From Sarea resinae (Eukaryota): a stretch of DNA of 64,000 nucleotides. The stretch spans positions 124,001 through 188,000 of the forward strand of contig JAPEUD010000017.1 in the NCBI GenBank assembly GCA_026026165.1, written 5' to 3'. Both the position numbers and the translations under genes were made by a program. Under the pieces are notes generated by a model, which saw only the letters and a program-made list of their open reading frames with translations, searched no databases and had not been told where the DNA came from. Of this stretch, positions 1 to 13,509 are shown piece by piece. Within the stretch, counting starts at the first letter, position 1. Each line of letters opens with the position of its first letter.

Positions 1-2733
1 ACGAATTTTGGGCCGGGTTCTCGGTGGAGAATCCGGGGAAAGCCTTTGCCATCCTGCCAGATAATTACCATGCCCGTCGTCTTGCGAGAAAGGCACCCAA
101 GGGTGTCGCTCGCGGTGAAAATGCCGTCACCTCGTTTGAAGAGGCTAGAGCTACTTGCGAGGCCAAGGTGAAGAAGATCGCCCGGGAATGTCGTCGTGTC
201 AATCAAAAGTATCGAGATCCCCATTTCGACATAGAGTTTGATCTCAAGGATGAGGGGAGCCCCAAAGACTGCCTCAATGGCTTGACCAGAGACTATGAAT
301 TCTTCCCAGAGTCTACCAAGCGAGTTGGGGTTAGTCAAGTTCTGCCTGCTCTTGTTGCAAGATGCTAATGTACGAAAAAGGATATCTTTGATGAACCCCG
401 GTTCTATGTTGATGGTGCTACAGCGAGTGACGTTCGACAAGGGCGTGACGGTGATTGTTGGCTCATGGCAGCTCTCTGTACCCTGTCAAATAAAGAAGAC
501 CTGATTCAAAACATATGCGTGGCTCGAGACGAGGCAGTCGGAGTATATGGCTTTGTCTTCTATCGTGGTAGGTGGCTAGTACCCAATCTGAAAGTTCTGA
601 GCTGACGACCTACGGGCAGACGGTGAATGGATTTCTGAGGTTATTGACGATAAGTTATATCTCACTAAAGCAGACTATGATGAGATGCACGAGGATGAGC
701 GGCCCCGCTGGGAGGCCATTACGAGGATCGACACCGAAGAAGAGTATCGACGAGTTTACCAAAGCGGATCCGGGGCCCTCTATTTTGCTCAATGTAGACA
801 TCCCAACGAGACGTGGCTTCCCCTACTCGAGAAGGCTTACGCCAAAGCCCATGGGGATTACGGAGCCATCGAAGCTGGCTTCGTTGGAGAAGCAATAGAG
901 GATCTCACAGCCGGTGTCACGACCGAGCTTTTCTCTTCGGATATCCTTGACAAGGAGAAGTTTTGGAACGAGGAACTGATGAACGTCAACAAGGATTTCT
1001 TGTTCGGGTGCTCTACAGGCTATTTTCGAGAGTATAGTAGCAACAGGAAAGGCATAGTGGGTATGCACGCGTATTCGATAATGAGGGCCGTTGAAAGCCA
1101 CGGGGAGCGCTTGCTTCTTTTGAGGTTCGTGCACTGAATTTGTCGCTGGTGCTTCTCATGCTTACATACGTCTAGGAACCCTTGGGGCGATACCGAATGG
1201 AATGGGCCTTGGAGCGATGGCTCGGAGCAATGGACACCTGAATGGATGACGCGGCTTAATCATCGCTTTGGTGACGACGGGGTAAGTCAAGTCATCTTTT
1301 CGGCACAACGAACAAACCCTGTCTTTGAGGCATCCTATAACGAGATCTGTGCTTACTGTTCAGGCTTTCTGGATCTCCTACAAGGACCTCCTGCGCAAGT
1401 ATCAGCACTTCGACCGGACGCGTTTATTTGGCCCTGATTGGCATATAACACAGCAATGGACTCGATTGGATATTCCTTGGACAGTGTGCTACCACGATAC
1501 CAAATTTGGCATCACTCTCGCCAAGGAAAGCCAAGTTGTGATTGTCTTGTCACAGGTTAATACACCCCCTATCGTGTAAAGTCCATTTCCGTTCTCAATC
1601 TTACAAGTACGCAGCTGGACGAAAGATACTTTATCGGCCTCGAGGGCCAATACACCTTTCAACTACAATTCCGCGTCCACAAAGAAGGCGAGGAAGACTA
1701 CCTCGTCCGGAGCCACGGAAACTACTGCATGTCGCGATCCGTGAGCACGGAATTGACCCTCGAGGCCGGCAAGTACTCTGTCCTGATGAAAGTCGCTGCC
1801 ACGCGGTATCGAGAATGCCCGACCCCGGACGAAGTGATTCGAGATACGTGCCGTGGGAGACGCGATAAGCTGCTGCAGACTGGTCTGTCTTACGACCTTG
1901 CTCATGCCAAGGTGCAAAGGAAAGAGCACGAAGAGATGCCGGAAGAAACCAAGGGCAAAGTTAACCGACCACCTACAGGTGATCTGGCTGCAAAAGAACT
2001 GGGTCCGTTACCTGCCCCACCGGAATCAAACAGTATGCCCGATCCCGCCATAACTGAGGCCGAAAACTCAACTTTCTCTCCGGCGCAAGGTCCTGCGGTA
2101 GCTGTAACGAAAAGCCCCACTACCCTTGAAGCAGCGAAGACCAAAGCGCCTGTACGAAAAGGGTATCAAACACGACGACGACCATCGCCACCGTCCTTGG
2201 AAGCCGTACCCAAGTCCGCGCCCGAAGACGCTCCTTTGAGCACGCCGCCCACCTCACGTCCCAATACTCCATCATTCTCCACCTCCCCGAACAACATCGA
2301 CCCTCCTCCACCGCCGCCACCAGGCTTCCTCTTCGGGCCCCCCTTTGGCGCACAACCGCCACCACCGCCACCGCCCCCGCCCCCGGACTCGGAAGATGAA
2401 GAATTCTTCAATGACCCGTGGAATGCCGTCTGTGTGGTCGGGCTCAAAGTATACACCTTAGGCTCGTCGGAAACGGAGGTCGTGGTAATTCGGCCTGGGG
2501 ACGGGAGAGCAGAGGGCAGCCAGACCGAGACTGGAAATTGCGGGGGAGAGGAGAAGGGTTTGGACGTTGACGACGGGGCCAAGGACGCCGCTTTGGAGGA
2601 TGTGGGGTCGGGCGTGAGAGAGGAGGAGAGCGAGGGAGCAGAGGTGAAGGGTGAGAAGGAGTCGGAAGAGGGAAAGGTCGTTCAATCGAACGTTGAAGAG
2701 GGAAAACGAGAGGATAGCAAGAAGGTCGAGTGA
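1..2733 (+). CDS. Calpain-like cysteine protease (peptidase C2), multi-exon, 5' end outside the window
   Basis: Spliced exons give the catalytic triad motifs DVRQGRDGDCWLMAAL (Cys), GMHAYSI (His) and RNPWG (Asn), plus LLEKAYAKAHGDY and FWISYKDLLR. Short GT-AG introns, e.g. 330-380. Pro-rich/acidic C-terminus; stop at 2733. Confidence 0.9.
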
Positions 2734-3297
2734 GGAAGGCGAAGAGAAGAGATCATGAGTCGGACCTGATCGGGTACACAATCAAGCCCATGGAAATATC
2801 AGCCATGTCTTCCTCACTCCCGGAAGCCCTCTCCCTTCACCCTACCTATGATTCGCTTCGATTTCACCTGTTCTGTCATACAAAGCTATGCGATATTAGT
2901 GCGGAAATCGGTCTGCGAATGAAGAAGAAATGCCATTGCCCAAGCCTAGATACCTATTTGACCGACAAAAAAAAGAATCTATCATGTGAAAAGGGAAACA
3001 CCGATATTTGCGGATACGACGAAATATGCCTGATTGGACGGCTGAGGATGGCTGACAATGGATGATGATGAGTGCATGGATGGACAGGCATGATACAAAA
3101 TACGCCAATATAAAAGAAACAAGGAAAATGCTGGTGAGCAGTCGAGTCATGGTTTGCATGCCCCTCCCGTCCACTCGATCAGAGCGGTTGCAACACAATC
3201 CCAGGTATCTCCCCTGGTGGTCACCTCCCCCGTTCTACTCCTCACCGCCATCTTCAAATCAGGGGTTTGCCGTATCAAACATCTTGTCGAACAAACC

Positions 3298-4515
3298 TCA
3301 ATGGAAGCCGTTCCTGGACCCCCTACTGGAGTAATATGCGCTTCCCTGCTCGAAGTACGGATGCATGCACGCCTGCTTCGCCGAAATGCGGCCCGCGGGA
3401 TCGTACACAAGCATCATATCCAGGAGATCGAGACCGTGTTCTTCGAGACCCGGTACCAGGGCGCGGGTATCCTCGCGCGTCCATTTCGGGAACGAGGATT
3501 TGAAGTCTGGGAAGGAGGTTACGCCGGGCCAGGTCTGTTCGTCGGGGGTACCGAGGAGTCTATATAATCAAGATATAGTCGTTAGCTGGTCATCTCAAAT
3601 GGTCGAGGTGATGGATGGTAGGCAGGTTGAGTTCACATAGCGCGTACCTGAAGATTTTGAAGATCTCGTCAATCTCGGAGTCTCCTGGAAAAAGGGGCTT
3701 GCGCGTGCACATCTCGGCGAAGATGCAGCCGACGGACCACATGTCGACGCCTGTGGAGTATTGGCGGCCGCCTAGGAGGATCTCGGGAGAGCGGTACCAC
3801 AGCGTAACAACCTGTAGGGAAACAATTAAGTCATGGAGCCCAATGAATTACATCAACACATACCTCATGAGTATATGTCCTCAATGGAACACCGAAAGCC
3901 CTTGCCAAGCCGAAATCCGCCAATTTCAGGTTTCCTTCACGGTTGATCAGCAGATTCTGCGGCTTCAGATCGCGATGCAAGACCCTATGGCTGTGGCAGT
4001 ATCTCACGCCCTCAACAAGCTGGCTCATGAATTTCTTGACCATTGCCTCGCCCAGACCAAGACGACCGAGATCCGGGCCTGATCCATCTGGCAGAGCCTT
4101 CCCCTTACCTCCTTCGCTAACGGGAAGAGCCTCCATGTATTTCTTCAGGTCGAGGTCGAGGAACTCGAACACTAGATAGAGCTTGTGGCCGTCGGCGTGA
4201 ACAATGTTGAGGAGTCGTACGATGTTGGGGTCGTTCATCTCCTTGAGGAGGGAAATTTCGCGGATCGCAGTACTGGGGACGCCTTCATCTTCGGCTTCGA
4301 GGCGGATTTTCTTGAGAGCGACGATGCGGCTTGGGTGAGTTAGGTCGCGGGCTTTGTAAACGACACCGTAGGTGCCTGGGTACTGTTAGTCTGAGTGCAG
4401 CTATATGTGCCGATTTCTCCACGGTCTTTGCGGGGAGACGATAGGGCTGGAAAGCAACCACTGGAGAATTGATCTCACCTTCACCGATCTTCTCGATCTT
4501 CTGGTAGTTCTCCAT
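3298..4515 (-). CDS. CDC28: Cyclin-dependent kinase 1 (Cdc28/Cdc2/NimX), multi-exon
   Basis: [61 protein letters not shown]. First intron 4478-4376. Ends HPYF...NGFH* at 3298. Confidence 0.97.
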
Positions 4516-5198
4516 GTCGGGGTTTCAATTCGGTTTGTGCGGCCGGTAGTCGTGGGGATGTCGGTAGGGTAGACTGGGTATCAGAAGAAATCGGTTGTCA
4601 GGTGGGTCACGATGCAGGGTCCAGCGTGGGAGGGTCGCTGCGGAGAATGGCGATGCAAGGTTGCTGATGCCGGTTCGGTCAACGCTCATCAGACGGACGG
4701 TGCCGGTTGATCGGATAGGCTCCAAGACGCGTAAAAAAGGTCGTGTCTACTCAGAGGGCTCTCGGTCTTTTCGTCGGCGTCGTTGGTGTCGTGGACTCGT
4801 CGAGGCGTCAGAAAAGGTCGGCTGAAGATACGGAGGGGTCAATTCGAGCTTCTTCGGGTTCGAGGCCTCCTACTGATCATCCGTAATCGTGTCGTGTCGT
4901 GTCGTGTCGAGTCGTGTCGATGGTCGGTGAGAGTTGCAATCAGCTGGATCAAGGGTCGTGGGAGGGGAGTCGGTGGTGTTTCGTTGTTGGCATCGGTAAA
5001 CGGTAAACGCTTGGGGCGACGAAAGTAAACAGACCCACGACAAATGAAGTGACCGAGTGCCACGCGAATTGTTCACTGCAGCTGCCCACCGTACCTGGTA
5101 CTTCGTACGACACTGTACTGCGTACTGTGTCAGACGGGTACTGTACTGCGTACCTATTCATCACGATCCTCATCGCGATCGATCACCGCTGAGCGCGG

Positions 5199-6546
5199 AT
5201 GGTGGGCGATCATGGCGCACATCATGCATATGCACCTTCTCCTTCGCCCTCATCCAGACCGATCTTAGTCCCATCTCATCCGAATGGTCACGATCGTGAT
5301 GCGAAAGGAGATATCTCCCATCTACATGGTACTCCAGCCATGCATCATCATTCTTCTGCCCTCCAGCTCGATCCTCATCGTAGGCCACCCGAGGAGACTC
5401 GGCAAGTCTACAAGACATATCAGAAGATGAAGGTCGACGCCATCGAGACAGACGCCTCAATCATCGACTTTGGTCGAGGTCTTACTGATGAGCAGAGAGG
5501 ATGCATCACGAGAGTGCATACAATCCCTGCACATCATGCTGCAGCTTCACTTCATGTCTTTGAGGGCTACTACCATCGTCTCGAAAGCCATGATGTGGGC
5601 GACATTGCTCACGGCACGGGCAGTCAATGTCATGGCAAGGCCTCTGGCCATGATCTCGCTTTCTATGAGCATCAAGACTTTCCAGGTAAGCGTATCGTCG
5701 GAGAGCTATTCGGCGCCACTGACTACCCATGCTGGCCTCTACATTGTCCCGTCTGTCCTTCCTCCCAAGACGCAGATGGCTCTCCTCTCCCGCCTTGTGC
5801 ATCGAGATTTATCAGACGAGCGGCATAATAGCAATCTCCATCTACATCACCATGTTCCCTATCCTCCACCCAATAATACGGGCCATGTCTTCCCTGTTGT
5901 AGAAGGGCAAGACGAGGCCGACCCTTATTCTCGCTCTTTCTTTACATATCCTCCCTCGTCACCAGTCCAGTTCATGCCGAAAGACCCGACAGTGCATAGA
6001 TCACTATTGATATCTCAGGTCCTCAGCAAGAAACTTCGCTGGATTACGCTTGGTGGCCAATATGATTGGACTAATAAGCGCTATCCTGCTGAGACGGTCC
6101 CTCTGTTTCCTCGAGACATTGCCGATCTAATGGAGGGATTCTTCCCAGAAGTCAGAGCGCAGGCCGCCATTGTCAATTTCTACTCTCCGGGGGACACTTT
6201 GAGCATGCATCGAGATGTCAGCGAGGAATGCGACCGCGGCCTTATCAGTCTCAGTCTTGGCTGCGATGCCATCTTCGTGGTTGGAATCGGCGAGGATGGT
6301 CGATGGATGAAGCATTTGACGATGCGACTACGGTCAGGGGATGCCGTCTATATGTCTGGACAAGCACGCTTTGCTTGGCATGGTGTTCCCAAAATCATTG
6401 CAAACACCTGTCCGGATTGGTTGAGGGATTGGCCCGCACCGTCCAGAGAGGAGCGTGGGCCCAGCGAAGGTGACGTCTTTGAGCCTTGGAGGGGTTGGAT
6501 GGCATCGAAGAGAGTCAATCTCAATATCCGCCAAATGCACGATTGA
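5199..6546 (+). CDS. AlkB-family 2OG-Fe(II) dioxygenase (ALKBH1-like); start uncertain (5199 or 5340), one intron ~5686-5734
   Basis: KLRWITLGGQYDWT, AQAAIVNFYSPGDTLSMHRD (HxD), LRSGD, WHGVPKI, KRVNLNIRQ. The upstream exon (DPHRRPPE...YQK) is in a different frame and needs an intron (see findings). Confidence 0.88.
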
Positions 6547-7043
6547 GGGGCCAAGATACCTTGGGGTTTTGTTATAGACGCAAAGTAGCTAGGAGTGCGC
6601 TGGATCTTCAGCCACGGCTGAGCAGGAAAGTGGCAATAGCAGAAACATCTTGATAAGAATCGATGGATTGAGCGGCCAAGATCGAGTCGCATGGATAAAT
6701 TAGTATGGCTGTTGGATGATGTCGCTAGTGCAGCGCAAAAGGAGCAGGGAGCACGCCCGCCCAGCCAAATAGTGAGCGGAAGGCCGTGCCACCCTCGCTC
6801 GTCGTTTCGCGATTCCATTCGCCGACCACCAATTCCGGTGCCCTGCTCAGTCCTACTCCATGCTCCATACTCCTTTCCTACCCCCGACCCTCCACTTTTC
6901 CATCCGACGATGATAGTATGCCCCCATCGCGAATGACCTCATCGGTCAATATTGGCGACAGTCCCTATCTTCCCCATCGTCGAAGGTCTTGACGCATCCG
7001 ACCGGCTCCTCATCAGCGTTTGCGCTTCCCAGGCGCTTGCATC

Positions 7044-9081
7044 ATGGCCGAAGCCTCTGCAGCTTCACCTGGCTCCGCGGGGGACTCGAACACGCCAGCC
7101 AAGGCGCCAGCGTCCAAGGACAAGCACTGCCCCTACTGTGATCAGGCGTTCACTTCTTCGTCCCTCGGTCGTCACCTTGACCTCTACATCAGAGACAAGA
7201 ATCCCAAGCCGCCGGATGGCGTCCACAACGTCGACGAGATTCGCAAACTCCGAGGCGGCATCACCCGCAGACAAGCCCGCAACTCATCAGCCAAGCGCGA
7301 GGGCTCAACACCAACGACGGCGAAGGCTTCGCCCATGGAGCGACACCGATCACCTTCTGCCGGGCGGTCGCAATTCGATTCGTTGTCCGTGCAGCGAGTC
7401 CGCACGCGGTTCAACGAGCCGAGTTGGCAGGCTACGGGCGTGATCAGGGATATTCCAACTACACCAAGGGATCATGATTCGGGTTTGGATGGCCGACGCG
7501 ATGTGTCGCGCTTGTATCAGCGGAAAAAGGAATTCGAGCTCAAGCAGAAAATGCTGGAAGAAAAGGACAACGCCTACGCTGCAGAATTGGCTCTGAAGGA
7601 AGTGCTAGGGAGCGTCAAGGCGGCCAGGTAAGCCTTGCCATTCTACTTACTGCGCTGCAATCTCTAATATTGTGAAAAGTGCCCAGGTCAATTCCCCATC
7701 TCCATTCGACTTCAACCCTCTCACCTTGACATTTCCCGCTCTCTGCTTGCGATGCCTCTCCGCGCCATCTACACTCTTCTCCACCCAACCTTTCGCCACA
7801 AACCTCTCATGGCCTCTGGAACCTCCAGGTCAAGGTCAATACGAGACGCTTCGCTACCATTTCCAGGACAGATTCCACCAATGGCGGATACAACGTGCAG
7901 CCTCAGCTGAACGTGAACGCAGAGGTAGTCCGGCTTTCCTGAACGGCAACCATCAATTCCTATACGGGCAGGACGACAATCAGAACGAGCAGCAGCAGCA
8001 AGAGCACATAGAAGAAGACAAAGTCATCCGTCATCTAGCCGACGCCTTCGGCCACTGGAAGTCCATCTCAGACAAGCAAAAGCACGAGTACTGGCGCCTC
8101 GAAACGTTGCGCGCCTTTGCGCGCGCAGAGGAGAAGCGGAAAGAAACTCAGTCGGTGCTTGAAATGACGCAGCAGGAAGTCGAACACCTCAAGGAACAAG
8201 TTGATCGGCTCAACCGGTGTCAGCAGCCAAGAGAATTTCTCATACAACCGCCCACCACTATCCCATTACTCAAGAACACAGCAAAGGAACTTAATGTTAT
8301 CCCTGGGGCCGACTTCCGCGGCTGGGACTACGACCGTCTCGTCGCAAAGTGGAAGGCTGTCATTCAGGATAATCGACGCAGTTCCTCTGGCATGGCGGGG
8401 CAGCGCTCACTTTCCGTCTCCGCCGTGGGAAATGTATCTCAACCCGAGGGAGGCGCTTCAGGTACTACTAATGGTGGGTTCGGGCTCCCCACGCCTGGTA
8501 TGTCATCGGCAGGGATCAACGGCGTGTCTTCGTACAGGACGAACGGGCAGAACGGGCCGCGTGAGGGCGTTGGGGCTGGCGGAAGCGGCGAAGACGAAAT
8601 AATGGATGATGCAAGCATGACGGCCACCACGACCCCCAACAACAATATCAATCACACTGGTAACAACAACAACACTACCAATCACGCTCCACACCACCGC
8701 GCCCACCAGTCCACGAGTAGTGCCGGCGGGCGTCCCGTCACGGCTTCCTCCCAGCAGCAACGATTACCATCTCAACCTCCGCCTCCACCGTCATCACTCC
8801 CACAGTCCCAGCCTTCCTCATCCGCAGACATCCAATTGCAGCAACAACAACAACAACAACAACAAATGCCCAGCATAGAAGATCATGCCCCGCAGCACCA
8901 CCAGACATCCCCTCAGCACATGAATGCACATATGAATAACCCCCGCGGCTACCAACATCCACATCATCCCCAGCATCAACATCGGGGAAGCCATGATGGC
9001 TCTTTCATGGGTGCGGGCAGGATGCTCATGGGATTGAGTGGTAATGGAGGCGGCGGGGCTGGGGGAGGAATGGAGCGGTAG
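7044..9081 (+). CDS. Conserved-looking fungal hypothetical protein with an N-terminal C2H2-like finger, coiled coil and Q/H-rich tail
   Basis: CPYCDQAFTSSSLGRHLD motif. Intron 7628-7679 (GTAAGC..CTAAT..AAG) joins two long ORFs in frame. Confidence 0.8.
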
Positions 9082-9343
9082 ATGATCCCGAGTCCTTCCT
9101 GCCAGCTATGTATCATGTCGTGCGTGTGCTTGCTGCTGTTGATGCCCTGGACGGCGATCATCGTGGTGTCGTGGGAGGGTTTGTCCTTTACCATCTGCTT
9201 GAATCTTGCTACTTCATTTCCCCCTAATCTTTCTCTTGGCATACCCCCCGTTCCTCAATCTCTTCTCGTCTCGCATTTTTTTGGGGTCCCCTTCTTTTTC
9301 TTTTTCTTCTATACAATATTTACCTAAATATCTCCTCCTTACC

Positions 9344-9435
9344 CACATACCTACCTACCTACATACATACCTACCTACCTACATACATACCTACCTACAT
9401 ACATACCTACCTACCTACATACATACCTATCTACC
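9344..9435. repeat. Compound (TACC)n/(TACA)n microsatellite
   Basis: Direct tetranucleotide repeats visible in the sequence. Confidence 0.95.
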
Positions 9436-10814
9436 CGTCTGCGCAATTTCTCTTCGTTCGGATTTCGCTAAGCCTCCGAACTTTCTCCCAATACCTCCCT
9501 TATCTTTCTCGCCTTTTGATAGAATCACGTCTTCTACGGTCCGGATCAGTCTTGTGAATACGGCAACTTATAGATCTGTGCGTCGGCAGGCGGTTTTGCG
9601 CAATCGGTCTCCATCTATGATGTAGCTAGGTAGCCTTTTTGCATCGGGTATATACATTCGAGCGTGACTTTGGCTCGCTTTTGCATCTTCATTTTTCATC
9701 TCCCACGTGCTCACTTGCTTGCTTGCTTGATATTCTCGAGTGGGTCGGGTAGGGTCATGGATAGTGCGACGTGTAGATTTATCATGTAGCGGATGTATTC
9801 AGGTCTACCAGTAAGGTTGACTGAGAGACCTGAGAGAATTAAAATGCTTTTAGATGGGAGAGGAGTAGTGGCGGTAGATGCGTGATTCCTACACGATATA
9901 TGAGTAAAGTCCATTAGTCATACGGATTACAATCAGTCCATTCACGAGCTTTTACAGTCTATTCCAACCAATATCCTGCGTGTGATTTCTTCTCTTCATT
10001 TCATGGCGCTATGTTCGTTTTTACATGCTATCATATAGTTAAAAGATGACGTCCACCCCCACTCGCGCCTACAATGAATGCCAACGCCGGTATCCCAAGG
10101 CCCATAAATCCAACATGGTTTCTGCTAATGTGAGAGAGGATATTTGAGATGGTCGGAGACGTGGTGCTGGTTTGATGCGATATGGTATAAGTCGGTATCG
10201 GTAGAGGATGCAAAATCGAATGGATGTTCCTCGATGTCGCCGAGGCGTATGTATCGTTCCCGTCGTTCTCTACTCATTCTCGAAGTGGTGCAACTGTGAT
10301 CGACGAGAAGCCGTGCCGTGCTGTCCCTTTTTGCCGCGGTTGGCCCCTCTTTGGAGCAATGTTCCTCACAGCGAAGGTGCCGGATTAGGAGACCGGTTTA
10401 GAGCCTCCTGACGGGTGGAACAGCAACCCACGGAATGATGATGGAGCGGATGAGGTGGACTGAAGCCACTTAGAAACGTCATGCGTTCCTTTTGTCGTTG
10501 TCGTAGTCGTGTTGGCTCAATGCCGAAGCAATCCCATGCCAATAACGCCTACAGAGCGTCCGCCTCCCTTTCCGAACGCCTTGAACCCAGATGCAAGTGC
10601 GTGCGCCAGACAATGCCGATATGGTTCCTTGTTTGGAGGGTAGGTTCGTCGCGGGCGTATGAGTTCAGAGATGTAGCGCATGATTCCGCCACTCCATCTC
10701 CACGTCTCTCATCTTCTCGTCATCTTCGGACTGCAGACAGACGAGGCTCCACTTCCGGAAATCCCCGCTAGCCTGAGATTCAAAGGCCAGTTCCAACATG
10801 ACGAATAGGCCACG

Positions 10815-10985
10815 TTAGGCGGCCACCTGGACCACTTCTTCGACATCTTCTTCTTCTTCGTCTATCTCTTCGTGCTTGGCGAGCCAGAGTCGGTTTTTTA
10901 GCGCGGAGATGAGGAAGGCGACGAGCGTAATGACGACGAAGAGGACGATGATTATGATTGCGATGACATAATTCCGGCGGACCAT
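10815..10985 (-). CDS. 56-aa single-pass membrane microprotein with acidic tail
   Basis: MVRRNYVIAIIIIVLFVVITLVAFLISALKNRLWLAKHEEIDEEEEDVEEVVQVAA*. Start context GCCAAAATGG; CTAAC-ATCAG branch/acceptor just upstream. Below the ORF-track cutoff. Confidence 0.65.
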   Translation of the reverse strand: MVRRNYVIAIIIIVLFVVITLVAFLISALKNRLWLAKHEEIDEEEEDVEEVVQVAA

Positions 10986-12007
10986 TTTGGCGGGTTCGGT
11001 GATGGGTGACTGATGTTAGGTAGTGGGAGTGTCGTCGGGGATCGAGTCGCGGGTAAGAAGGTTAAAGTATACCTTAAGTATACAGACAAGATACCGAGAG
11101 GATAATAGTCGGCAGATTCAAAGGACAGACCGAACCGTCGTGAACGAGTCAGTCAGGTGAGATAGTTCCGGTAGGGAAGATAGATATGGTAGGTATGATC
11201 TGTTCTCTGTGGTGTAGGCAAGAGATAGAAGCAATAGAATATCGATCCAAGTCTGCGAACACAATCAGCTTTTGTACACCCTCCCCTCCCAGCCTTGCTG
11301 TATGAATCCCAGCCCGCCCAAATCTGCACATTGTCTCGACTCGCGATCATGTTCTTCTGCCACCGAATAAACACGTCGAGTGCGAGCTATCATGGCGTGT
11401 GCAAGGTTGATGATAGGCGGTCGCGATGCAACGACGAGGCAATAACATTTGGGGTGGCTGGAACCCACGCCATTTGTTTACTCGCTACACGCTAGTGACT
11501 TGTTCCGCCGTGGCTGGTAACGCATGGCGACGTGTACCTGGCGGTAGTGACCTCGCTTAGATCTTAGCTGATGCGTAGCGCAGTACTTCGGCAACAGTAT
11601 TTCCTGCGCTTTCTCAACACAGAGCAGTACTGCTCTCAGGGTACCGCATTACTACGTAGTACTTGCCTAGACTGCAAAGCCTGAGGTGAGAGTTGATTCA
11701 CGCTTCAGCCTGTACGACTACATCTGAACGCATTCGCACTGTCAAGTCTGATGGATCTCCTCTAGGAGAAATGAGATTCGAATATTGAGATCAACGATAG
11801 CGCACGATTTTTCTACCTAGAGCCGATGCTGCACACAGAAGAAATCACCGCTCATCAGAACGCCGCACCTATGCGATACCAAATGCAAATCGTAGGACGA
11901 GGAATAACCAACGCCGACAATCAAATTTCACTGGCAGCCCCCATTAGTAGAACCCGAGAGAGGGCTAATGCCGTCCTGAACTGTCGAGAACAATGTCGGT
12001 ATTACGC

Positions 12008-12936
12008 TCATTCTACAGGAGCCGGTCCTTCTTTGAATACCCTAGACATGATATTAGCTTCTCTCTGTCGAACAAAGTGCGTACCTGTCTCTCACAAGTG
12101 CTGTTCGTAGAAATAAAGCATCTATCAACCCATCAGCGTTCGATGCGATTCAGTCTGGGAAGATCACAGTACCTTCAGGGGACAGCGCTTATACACAACT
12201 TCGATGGGGTGTTGCGATTTTCTGTGGTCATTCCAGACCAGATAGACGAACAACCCTTTCGGTGTCTGCTCGACGGTATCAATAGACATCACATCGTCCT
12301 CCCAGCTCCCGGAAGGTGGTTTCCAGTCCTTTGCCTTGGGAGAAGCTGATGGCTCGTCCTTGACGCTCTTTCTTCGTTTCGCGCCGCCATTTGTTTCGAT
12401 TCCGCTCGTACTAGCTCTGCCTCTCTTGGGGCCTGCTTTGGTCGCCGCGGGTCGTCCACCAATTGAATCAAGATACGTGCTCAATATATCTTTTGCACCC
12501 TCCCTTTGTCTTGTGAGCTAATTGCTTGTCGCACAAAAGTCGAATGGAGGGGTGCTCACAAATTCTCTTCAGGCTCCCACGTTTGGTCCTCCTTGCGATC
12601 ATAGCCCTGCCATTTGACGAGGAATCTCATACTTGACTGAATTTACATATCATCAGCGCTGTTCCAATTTAGGTGGGATAGTGGACTGACTCCTTTGCCT
12701 TTGTGGTCCAGAATCTGCTCGACTACGTATCTAACGACCACTGTGTGAGCGATTGCCTCTTCAAGCGGGAAACGCCATCCTTACTCCTCTGGTTCTGATC
12801 CAGCCTCATCGGAAGCGTCGTCTCCTCCATCGATTTTAATCCCACCGGCCGCCTCTTCGCCATCTTCAGACGCCACCGCCTGCGCATCTTCCCTATTCAG
12901 AATTGCAGCTTCGGGGTCTGAGCCTCCGTGATCCAT
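12008..12936 (-). CDS. Heterochromatin protein 1 / Swi6-like (chromo + chromo-shadow domains), multi-exon; start approximate
   Basis: Spliced EEYVVEQILDH...FLVKWQGYDRKEDQTWEPEENL (chromodomain) and WEDDVMSIDTVE...CPLKMLYFYEQHLVFK (chromo shadow). Confidence 0.9.
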
Positions 12937-13509
12937 TGATGCTAGGTCAGATGTAGGAACAGCTGGCGAGCTCTCAGACCTCGTTCCTAAAGGATACAAG
13001 GAGAAGACCTGAGGGCAGTGCCTATCCGTGCGTGATTGTCGTAGTGCAGTGGATAAAGCAGTTGAGGGCTGGCCGATCCTCTGATGGACAATGTCCCTTC
13101 CACAGCAAAGAGTAGTATCAGAGTGAAGGTGACCGTTTAGAAAATCACGAAGGGTTGCTCGAACGCTGACTGCACGAGTGAGTTGATACGGGAGGTCTCA
13201 CACTCGGCGCAAGTCCCCAGCCCCAAAGTTGCTCAATGTCGGTCGCGACTTGTCGAAATTCGCCTGTCGCGTTCCAGGCGATTTCCCAGGTAGACAGGTA
13301 TGAAGTACCAACAGCGAACGGCATTCGCCGCATTCGCCAAATCTCTGCTTGAGCCTCGACTTTAGATATTGAACGAAGGTCGAACGCGACTTCCGTTGAA
13401 ATATTGTTTGTGTCTTGCCTACTGCATTTCTGTCCGTATTACCTTCAATTCAAGTCCTTCAACCAAGTCAAACCGTCGTCGTGCTCGTCGAGAGCAACTC
13501 ATCGCCAAG

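Noticed and set aside
10031..10213. 60-aa minus-strand ORF with a hydrophobic end
   Set aside because: Weak coding evidence compared with the 10815-10985 ORF.
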